Made by a program: the position numbers and the translations under genes
Shown: positions 11,675-21,697 of the stretch, piece by piece
Position numbering within the stretch: position 1 is the stretch's first letter
How the letters are laid out: the number at the start of each line of letters is the position of its first letter
NCBI RefSeq assembly: GCF_001194135.2
Contig: NC_068983.1
Location: forward strand, 25,006,523-25,062,658
Length of the DNA: 56,136 bases
Direction: 5' to 3'
Source of the DNA: Octopus bimaculoides
Lineage: Eukaryota
The notes under the pieces: generated by a model
What the model was told of the DNA's origin: nothing
The model's database searches: none
What the model saw: only the letters and a program-made list of their open reading frames with translations

Positions 11675-12344
11675 GTAAAGAATATTTGTAGCTATATTAT
11701 TTCTGACACAAATTCACTTTCATGTTATTGTTGTTGATTTTTATATATATATGGATATATTCACGTAGGTATGTATATCTTTTATCTCTTATATTTATTT
11801 GTTCCAATCAATAGACTGTGGCCATGCTGGGACACTGCCTTGAAGAATTTTAGTCAAATGGATTGACTCTAGTAATTAATTTTTTTTTTTTTTTTTGGTT
11901 TTTAAGTGTGGTTCTATTGGTTTCTTTTACTGAACTGCTAAGTTACAGGAACATAATTATGCTGACACCAGTAGTCAAATGGTAGTTGAGGACAAACAGA
12001 CATACAGAGACAAACACACACTCACACATGCACATTAATATGGTGGGCTTTTTGCCATTTCTGTCTACCATATCCATTCACAAGGCTTTGGTCAGCCCAA
12101 GGCTGTAGTAAAAGAAACTTGCCCAAGGTGCCACACAGTGGGACTGAATCTGGAACTATGAAGTTGGAAGTCAAATCTACTACATATGTGGGAAATTCTG
12201 TCTGTGGGTGTGTTTGTGGAGATATTAGCTAACTATTCCTACATCATTTTATCGACTTTTATGAAGCTTAACATGTGAATAGAATTCCTGTCTGGAAACC
12301 TCATGGCATACTCAGATTGTTGAAAAAAATCGATAATAGGGTCT

Positions 12345-13272
12345 CAGTCACTTGTCATCTGCTCTGTGAGGCCCAACATTCACAGGTCATGCTTCACCAC
12401 CTCATCCCAGATCTTCCTGGGTCTACCTCTTCCACAGGTTCCCTCTACTGCTAGGATGTGACACTTTTTCACACAGCTGTCCTCATCCATATGCAACACA
12501 TGACCATACCAGTGCAGTCATCTCTCTTGCACACTACATCCGATGCTTCTTAAATCCAACTTTTCTCTCAGGGCACTTATGCACTGTTATGTACGCACAG
12601 TGACATTACACGTCCAGCAGAGCATACTAGCTTAATTTGTTGCAAGCTTACGCATGTCCTCAGTAGTCACAGCCCTTGTTTCATGCCCATGTAGCATGGC
12701 TATTTGCACACATGCGTCATACAATCTACCTTTTACTCTGAGCGAGAGGCCCTTTGTCACCAGCAGAGGTAGGAGCTCTCTGAACTTTGCCCAGACCATT
12801 CTTATTCTAGCAGCTTCACTTTCAGAGCATCCACCCCTGATACTGACTTGGTCCCCTAGGTAACAGAAGCTATGAACTACTTCTAGTTTTTCCTCCTGTC
12901 ATGTGACAGAAGCTGTTCTTTGCACATTTTCAGTGTTTATTGCACCTGAGCATTTGCCACATACAAAAACTATCTTTCCAGTTAGCCTTCCTTTGATATT
13001 GCTGCACCTCTTATGTGTCCATAGCTTACACTGGGTAGATATTATGGAGTTTCTACCTATGCCTTTTCTACAGATTGAGCAGGGCCATCTACCTGAATGG
13101 ATTTGTGGTTTGTCTGCCTTCCTACTTATTAAGACTTTGGATTTAGCTAAGTTGACTTTCAGGCCCTTCGATTCTAATTCTTGCTTCCACACCTGAAACT
13201 TTTCCTCTAGTTCTGATAGTGATTCAGCAATTAGACCAAGGTCATCAGCATAGAGAAGCTCCCAGGGGCATC
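12345..13272 (-). mobile_element. RTE-clade LINE, 5'-truncated, RT C-terminal part with a PHD-like Cys/His insert
   Basis: PWELLYADDL (RT YADD), GLKVNLAKSKVL, FCYLGD, ARIRMVWAKFRELLPLL, LHWYGHV and GRGRPRKIW motifs, with internal stops. Lacks the downstream 3' UTR. Confidence 0.92.
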
Positions 13273-13361
13273 CTATATATATATATATATATATATTGAT
13301 TGACTTTTGACTGAACACTATTCAATTTTTTTTCTCCGTGTTTTTCTCCTTGTCTCCGTAT

Positions 13362-13398
13362 TCTTTCTGTTGAAGAGCGTAGCTCGAAACGTCAAAGA
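13362..13398 (+). ncRNA. Minimal type I hammerhead ribozyme-like motif in a ~200-bp (TA)n-flanked element (Penelope-like or retrozyme)
   Basis: UCUUU-CUGUUGA-A-GAGC(GUA)GCUC-GAA-ACGU-C-AAAGA: 5-bp stem I, 4-bp stem II, palindromic ACGU stem III, GUC triplet. Core has A6U. Confidence 0.6.
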
Positions 13399-13488
13399 CT
13401 TTCCGTATTCCCGAGCGTCATACTAATATATACTTTTGTTATTTACACCACCTGTCCTCGTCTGTTGTTATTATTTGTATATTCTCCC

Positions 13489-13547
<59 letters not shown>

Positions 13548-14620
13548 TTCTCTACCACCACTTAACAACCCCCATAACTTACCAGTTCAGCAAAAGAGAT
13601 CAATAGAACAAGTTCTAGGCTTAAAAAAAAAAGGTACAGGGACTAATTAATTTGACTAAAAATTCTACAAGGCAATGCCCCAGTATGGCTGCTGTATAAT
13701 GACTGAAACAAACAGAAGATAAAAGATAAAAGATAGTAAATATATCCAATATAATCGTTGAAATAATAATAAAAAAAAACAAACTGTGACAGTATGTTAT
13801 CTAGTTAAACTTTTGCAATGGATTCCTCCTCCTCTTCCCCACTATCATCCTCATCATCCTCATCACCACAAGCATCATTTTAATGTTTACTATTTCATGC
13901 CTGGTTGAGTCAGACAGAATTCATTGAAGCAGATCTTTTACAGCTGGATACTCATCCTGTTCTCAACCTTCACTTATTTCAAAGTAACTTGATATATATT
14001 TTGCTAGACAATTGCAAATAAACATCATTTACACAATTTCTATGATGGCAATGTTTAAATTTAGCACATAATGCCAAGTTAAGGTGACATACACTCCCAC
14101 GCTCACACCCACATGTGCATACTTACACACGTGTGTGTGTGTGTGTATGTATTTACAGACACACAGACACACACACGTTTATACATATATCTATATCTAA
14201 CTGTCTATCTATATATCTAATGTCATCATCATCATCATCATCGTCGTTTAACTTCCGCTTTCCATGCTAGTATGGGTTGGACGATATTTGACTGAGGACT
14301 GGTGCAACCGGATGGCTACACCAGGCTCCAATCTGATTTGGCAGAGTTTCTACAGCTGGATGCCCTTCCTAACGCCAACCACTCCGAGAGTGTAGTGGGT
14401 GCTTTCACGTGCCACCGGCATGAAGGCCAGTCATGCGGTACTGACAACGGCCATGCTCAAAATGGTGTATTTTACGTGCCACCTGCACAGGAGCCAGTTC
14501 GGCGGCACTGACAATGATCTCGCTCGAATGTCTTTACACATGCCATCCGGCACAAAAAGGTGTTTTGTATGTGCCACCTGCACAGGAGCCAGTCCAGCGG
14601 CCCTGGCAATGACCTCGCTC

Positions 14621-14659
<39 letters not shown>

Positions 14660-14953
14660 TGTGTGTTTGTAAATCTCTCTTTCTCTGTATATGTATAAAT
14701 CTATATGTGACTACTTTCCAGTTTATGATGACAAAAGTCAGACATAAAGCTTCGGTTGCCCTGGGTCCTCTACCACCCTACTCTCATTATTCTCACTACC
14801 CCAGCAGCTGCCAGCACTACCATTTTCCTCCTCCTCCTCCTCTTCCTCGTCATTGTCATTAACAGCAGCAATTATTGAAGAAGAGGAATAAATTATTGTG
14901 AAATTATTCAGGAAATTAAGTTTACTTATTTTTTGTATTTTATTATTTCACAG

Positions 14954-15063
14954 GAGATCATATATGAGTTTCCATTCCATAATGATAAAGTCAGTCATGT
15001 GAGAGGAATGTTCATCACCCTGAATAAAGTACTAGAAGAAATTGTTCAAAGCCAAACACAGTG
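14954..15063 (+). CDS. INTU: Inturned exon (start of first longin region, 110 nt)
   Basis: tatttcacag|GAG...CAGTG|gtaagt; phase 0 to 2. Encodes EIIYEFPFHNDKVSHVRGMFITLNKVLEEIVQSQTQ (compare INTU LKSVRGIFLTL). Confidence 0.92.
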
Positions 15064-15109
15064 GTAAGTATATAATATATATATATACATAATATATATA
15101 TATATACAT

Positions 15110-15285
15110 AGGCGCAGGAGTGGCTGTGTGGTAAGTAGCTTGCTTACCAACCACATGGTTCCAGGTCAGGTTCAGTCCCACTGCATAGCACTTTGGGCAA
15201 AGTGCCTTTTACTACAACGTCAGGCCAACCAAAGCCTTGTGAGTGGATTTGGTAGACGGAAACTGAAAGAAGCCCGTCGTATATA
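15110..15285 (+). mobile_element. tRNA-derived CORE-like SINE (copies near 826-975 -, 4640-4800 +, 11085-11240 -, 12040-12180 -, 41335-41500 -)
   Basis: GGCGCAGGAGTGGCTGTGTGGTAAG...GGTTCAGTCCCACTGC...TTGGGCAAGTG...GATTTGGTAGACGGAAACTGAAAGAAGCCCG(TA)n; TTGGGCAAGT resembles the CORE domain. Confidence 0.8.
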
Positions 15286-15369
15286 TGTATATATATACGA
15301 CGGTGCTCCAGCATAGCCGCAGTCAAATGACTGAAACAAGTAAAAGAGTAAAAGAGTAAAAGAGAATAT

Positions 15370-15412
<43 letters not shown>

Positions 15413-15949
15413 ATATGTGTGTGCATGTGTATCTCTCTAAATATGTGTATATATGTGTGTGTGTTCATTATTATATATGTTTATATACTAAATTTTCAAA
15501 TAACTTTTCTTCATTCTTAAGACTTGTAACGATTTCCTGCTTTTTAATTTCTAATTTTATACTTTTAATTAATTTATTATTATTTTTTTACCTGTGGTTT
15601 ATATTTCAAATTAATTTTTATTGGATTTTTTTTTCTCTAATTTTTCACTAACTTCTCCTCTCTCCCTGAAATTGCAGCTTTTCTCTGATTTTGTTCATAC
15701 CTTCCTTCCATGCAAAGCATCCAGCACCCATACACTTGCATTCACTTCTAGCACCACCTCCACATTCTCCCTTTTCTTCACACTCACACCTGCTCCTAAC
15801 TCCTCTCCTGTATCCTTTCTACACATATATATATAACAGTTACACACACATAACAATATTTCAGGTTCGTTCTCTCCAATGCCACTATACTTTTGAAATT
15901 GCACTCTTCTTCATACTACTTCCCTCAAAAAAATTCCACGCAAGACCTT

Positions 15950-16695
15950 CGAACATTGGGCCTCACCGAGGCGATGACTACTGACCGAGACCTTTGGAAA
16001 TGTCCTGTGCATGAGAAGATCTGGCAAGCCAAGTGAGACCTAAATTCAAGGCCTCTGCCAGGGGTGTAGCCAGCCCACTTATGCGTACTTTTCCTACATT
16101 GGACACTAAACTCCGCTTGTGAAGACTTGTTGAAGCAAGTGAAATCGAACTAAATTCGACGACTGGCACCCGTGCCAACGTCGTCTCCTTCATTGTACAC
16201 GAAACTCAGCTTGCAAAGACTNNNNNNNNNNTCGACGACTGGCACCCGTGCCAACGTCGTCTCCTTCATTGTACACGAAACTCAGCTTGCAAAGACTTAT
16301 TGGGGCAAGCGAAAGCGAAATCGGGATAGCACCTGTGACCAGAGTCACCTTTCTGGTACTTGTGCCCGTGACATGTATAAGGATTTTCGAGCGAGATCGT
16401 TGCCAGTGCCCCTGGACTGGCTCTTGTGCAGGTGGCACATAAAATACACCATTTTGAGCGTGGCCGTTGCCAGTACCGCCTGACTGGCCTTCGTGCTGCT
16501 GGCACGTAAAAGCACCCACTACACCCTCAGAGTGGTTGGCATTAGGAAGGGCATCCAGATGTAGAAACTCTGCCAAATCAGATTGGAGCCTGGTTTTGCC
16601 ATCCAGTTTCACCAGTCCTCAGTCAAATCGTCCAACCCATGCTAGCATGGAAAGCGGACGTTAAACGATGATGATGATGATGATGATGATGATGA
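15950..16695 (+). mobile_element. 3' end (ORF tail plus 3' UTR) of the same RTE family, with (GAT)n tail
   Basis: 15955-16000 matches the ORF end of the 12.3-13.3 kb copy (GLTEAMTTDRD vs GLTEQMTSD*D). It continues into internal ~50-bp repeats, AGGAAGGGCATCCAG and CCATGCTAGCATGG...GTTAAACGATGATG. Confidence 0.8.
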
Positions 16696-17364
16696 TCACT
16701 CACCCTATATACCTGTCGCCAAACATAGATGCACACCTATGCTTGCATTTACACACCCACTCCTTCACGTTTAACTTCTTCATAGAACAACATTCCCAAC
16801 TGGCTCCGAAAATTTTCACCTGTATTTTTTAACAGCTTTTGATCTTTCTCACACATTCTACGGTCACTCTGTCTCCTGTTGACGGGGGTAATATCCATAA
16901 TGTTAAGACACTTTGCTTTTTTAAATGTTAGATTAATATTATGTTTGTTAAACTCTTTCTGTGCTGCTTTGTCTTTTTTATTTCTCTTATGGTACTACAG
17001 CAACGGTACTGGATATTAATAGTTATCGCCAAGCTAACATGGCAGTCCAGAAAAATAGGACAAATGCTATCATTGATTAGCTCCATGAGGCGGTGGCCTC
17101 TTGGAGCTAATCGACAGCACCATTCGTCCTATTTTTCGTTTAATAGTTAATTACAAGTATACTTTTATTCCTATTTAATAAATTTAATGTTTGTATTAAG
17201 CGAAAACACCTAAAGCTCCATGAGTCACCGGCAGGGGCTGTATTTCAAGCAACCAGCCTTGCTACACACTGTCACGCTGAATCTTGCTAAGAAATACATA
17301 AAAGATACATGTCTGTGGTGTGCTCAATAAAATAAGTTTCTGCTGAGTTCTGGGATCGATGTAA

Positions 17365-18345
17365 TCATCTATCCATTTTCCATAAAATGTGCTAAAATTG
17401 TGCTAAAATTTGGAAATATTATATGGGCATAGCTTTTCATGTAAGTTAGGGAAATCCTAGTAACTATCTGTAGTAAGATAACATTTCTTAAACCTTCTTT
17501 GTGGTAACTGATAGATTCAGCAATACTAAACCTTTCAAACATATTAATGATTTGCTTAATCACTTGTGAAATTTAGCTTTATAAGAAAAAAAAAAGAGAT
17601 ATATAAAAATGTTTGCATAGTATTTTCCTGAGATATCATTAGGTAAAATGATTGGTAAACACTGTTGGGAGTGGTCCCTCTTAGCAAGTTGAGTGAGCAC
17701 TTGCATTTGCTAACTCTGGTTTTGTATATATGGCTTATATAATAAAACAAGATTAAAGCATTTTTCTTTTTTTACTTGCAGTCTATTTTGATTAGATATA
17801 CCCAATATAACCTATTTGCTTATTGCTATGTAAGTGCATGACTATCCTTTGACTTCTCTGCTATGAGATTTTTAAAATTTTCATTTGATATTCTTTAATT
17901 ACCCAAGCTTAACCAGATTCTTACGTTCTGACGATAACTTTCATCACTCACTTTGAATTACTCAAAGATAACAGCCAAGGTCATGCAAGTTAAGAAAATT
18001 TTAATTGCTTCAATCAAAAGCTAATGTAGTTGATAGTGAAAGCAATAGAACTTCATCTATTCATGGTTTCATTTAAAACTATATTTTTACAAGTTTCATC
18101 TACATTAAAGATTCATTTATTGAATAATTTTATCACATAATTAAAAATAAGATAAAATTACACCGGAATCTGAACTTTGATAGTCTTGAATTCTTTGAAA
18201 TAAGTATAAGCTGAATATACTTGACTCTTTTAATATCGATTGTTTGTAAACATGAAGTCTTGGCTTCTGTCTTTTAAAATGATTATGGAAAATGAAGATT
18301 CCAGAATCACTTTTAGATCTAATCAAATAATCGTTCAATTTCATC
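17365..18345 (-). mobile_element. Decayed pogo/Tigger-like DNA transposase
   Basis: Minus strand shows IFNVDET (about 18089-18112, the pogo DDE motif), upstream FHNHFKR, and downstream IFPNFSTILAHFMENG (compare FLPPNTTSLLQPMDQG). Many stops. Confidence 0.5.
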
Positions 18346-18538
18346 CTTCATTGCACCAATCTATTTTTCTAAACAAACAACTGGAAAAGTCTCAATAACA
18401 TTAACTGAAACTACTTAATTGCATACAAAATAATTAACTGGTTGTTATAACACAGATTTACTGTTATAAGTTTTTCCATACATCATTCTGAGACACCTGT
18501 GTCACATCATCAGTGAAGCTTTCTTGGGTCATTGGGTG

Positions 18539-18597
<59 letters not shown>

Positions 18598-18600
<3 letters not shown>

Positions 18601-18819
18601 GAAGGTGGTGAGCAGGCTGAATCGTTAGCACGCTGGGAAAAATGCTTAGCGGCATTTCGTCCGTCTCCTACGTTCTGAGTTCAAATTCCGCCCGAGGTCG
18701 ACTTTGTCTTTCATCCTTTCCGGGTCGATAAAATAAATACCAGTTGACGAACTGGGGTCGCTGTAATTGACTCATCCCCTCCCCCAAAATTGCTGCCCTT
18801 GGGGCAAAATTTGAAACCC

Positions 18820-18872
<53 letters not shown>

Positions 18873-19100
18873 GTCAAGACGGCAGTGAGCTGGAAGAATC
18901 GTCACCGTGCCGGCGGGCAAAATGCTTAGCGGCATTTCGTCCGTCTCCTACGTTCTGAGTTCAAATTCCGCCCGAGGTCGACTTTGCCTTTTATCCTTTC
19001 GGGGTCGATGAAATAAGCACCAGTTGAACACTGGGGACGATGTAATCGACTAACCCCGCTTCCCCCGAATTGCTGGTTTTGTACCAAAATTTGAAATCAT
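18598..19100 (+). mobile_element. Tandem pair of Nin/Deu-core SINEs in (ATT)n
   Basis: Two copies offset by 280 bp, each preceded by a long (ATT)n tract. Confidence 0.85.
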
Positions 19101-19193
19101 TATCATCACCACCACCACTACCCCCCACCCCCCACCATCATCATCATCAATATTATTACGGTGAAGCAATATCCCCTTGTATCTATTTTGCAG

Positions 19194-19283
19194 TTCAAAC
19201 TTGGTGTACCATCATCAGTTGATCAACGTATCATATTACAAAGACGACAACAGTACCCTTTTGTTAGTGCTGCCAACAGATTT
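19194..19283 (+). CDS. INTU: Inturned exon (90 nt)
   Basis: tattttgcag|T...GATTT|gtaagt; phase 2-2. Encodes (C)SNLVYHHQLINVSYYKDDNSTLLLVLPTD (compare [27 protein letters not shown]). Confidence 0.88.
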
Positions 19284-21663
19284 GTAAGTTTCGATATTCT
19301 ATCATTCATTTCGTCTTACGTTAATTAATGAGTTAATTGGATATATAATTAATTAATTATTTGATTAACTTTGTAATTAATTAATTCATCAATTAGCTAT
19401 ATAATTAATTAATTCATATATTCTGCCATTTTCACTACCAGCATTGTTTTCTTGGGACTGTCGAATATATCTAATTATTCCACAGAAAGTCTATTTGTTT
19501 TAAATACTCACCCCAGCATATGTTTATATATATGTATGTATGTATCTGGGTAATATAAGTGTAAATACACACACACACGCGCACAGTGGGATATAGAGAG
19601 AGAGTTTTGTAGGATCAATTAAAAAAGCCCAAAACCCCCTAAAACCATGCACTCAATTCAACTATAATGAATTAATAATCATTTAATAAATACAGGCGTT
19701 ATGAGTGAGCTGCTGAAGGTATCATACGAGAAACGTTTAATATTCTTCTTCCTTTCTTATATCTGAAATTAGGTGTTCTGTGTACAATCCAGCGATCATT
19801 GAAGCCCTTGTAATATAGCTACTCAATGAGAATGTACGAGAATACATGTGAAAAAAGAAGAAACGTTCAAACCTAAATGAGGATAATCCTGTTCTTGGAA
19901 GCTAGGATAGTGTTTAATTATCACATGAAGATTTGTTAGAAAATGTTCTACATTTAAAGGAAGAATATTGCTAATATTAAGTGCATATGGCTAAGAGTGA
20001 CGTAATGAGTTTTATATTTGTGAATATATGAGTCAGTATTGAACATGGAAGTTTACAGTCTTAATTTATAGTATAGAGAGAATGTCAAAATCCAGGGCTA
20101 GCACTTGAATAGGCGAATGGCTAATTTGTATCGAACTTCGTGAGAGGGAGGGCTTTTCAGTTTGATAAAAGAAATTTGTCTAGATACATACATCTCATTA
20201 AAATCTCTGATCTCGAGTTTAGATAGTCAGTGATATCCTTCAACTTAATTAATATGTGTACGGAGTTTGAACGCAGAAGGTAATGCTAGAAGAAATGCTG
20301 CTAAGAATTTTATTCATCTTGCTGACGATGAAAAATAGACTTATAATAAAAATACCAAGGAAGAAGTAAATGAGAACGTAAGAATGGGATGCAAAGGAAT
20401 TATAATAAATAGGTAATTAATGTGCCAGTGATGATAGGGTGTGTATGCATATTTGGTGAGGTGAACTTTATATAAGACTTTGCCTCTCCAAAGCATTTTC
20501 ATAAATTTGCCCTAAACGTCCATTCTTGTTTTTAGACTGTTATTTAGCCCATGTTTCATACGTTCAGAGTAATATAAAGCTTTCCTTTGATAAGTTCCAA
20601 GTTACTCTGTGGTTGAAAAAGCTTGAGATTGTGCATCATATATGATGCATGGAAGTTTCTTTGTATATCACTCATGACACACAGGAGAAGCAAAGGGTTA
20701 AAATTAATATCATGAAGTTATTTTTCTGGGATTTGAATGGGATGGTAGTTATATTTCAAACCACTCCAATATGGATATATTCCAAAGGGTTGCGTGATGC
20801 GGATAAAAATAGCTTCTTTTGAGAACATTTTTGAATAATCATTAATAATTATATTAAATTTTCAGTTGGTTAGATTTATCGTCAAGTTTTATAGTTCTGA
20901 ATTGTATAGAAAAATCTACTTTATAAGTATTTGCCAAAATCTTAACAGTGATCAGTATTCGTTGCTTATAAACTCACGAATCTATTTATCGAAACCCACC
21001 TAACGATATATAATTTAAATTTAGCATTAATCTTAAAGCTAATTCTAACCCTTAATATGATCTAATACTTCTAAGTCAAAATCGGAAAATCTGGATTAAA
21101 ACCGAACAGTAGGAAAACCGACACGCAATTGCATATCTAACAAGACAATGGAGGTAGCAGGGAAAGTGTCACTTCATGGCGATATAAAGGATGAAGCTTT
21201 AATTAGGAGAATTCTGTGAGCTGGAGATTATATAAAACAATAAAAGGAAGGACAGAAGAATCGAGAAAAGGAGAATGTAGGAAAGGACAAACCTTGAAGA
21301 AGAGACGTCGTTATCTACATAGTTTTTATATCTTCAGCAAATGGGGGACAGTGAAAACTGTGAAACTGATTTAAAATAGAAATTAACCCTTTCAATTGGC
21401 TACAATGAATCAGGCAAAGTTGTTTATCTATAATTAAATGTAGTGTTATAAATAAACCTAGTTATATAACTATTTAACTATTTAAGTTCTATATCTATTT
21501 AATGTAGAAAACATTAAGAGCTGATATGCACCTACACATACACACATATCCTTTCATTGGCCCTCAACTCTTGATATAATATGGTGTATCTAGGGTGCCT
21601 AAGCCTGATGGGGCCCGTCCCTCTTGAGATCTGATTAAAGCTGATTCTTTCAGAAGTGAGTTA

Positions 21664-21697
<34 letters not shown>

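Noticed and set aside
16164-16296. Exact ~66-bp duplication on either side of a 10-N gap
   Set aside because: Most likely overlapping contig ends that were not merged.
20660-20820. FFWDLNGMVV, resembling the mariner VFWD..G motif
   Set aside because: A single short motif with no other support.
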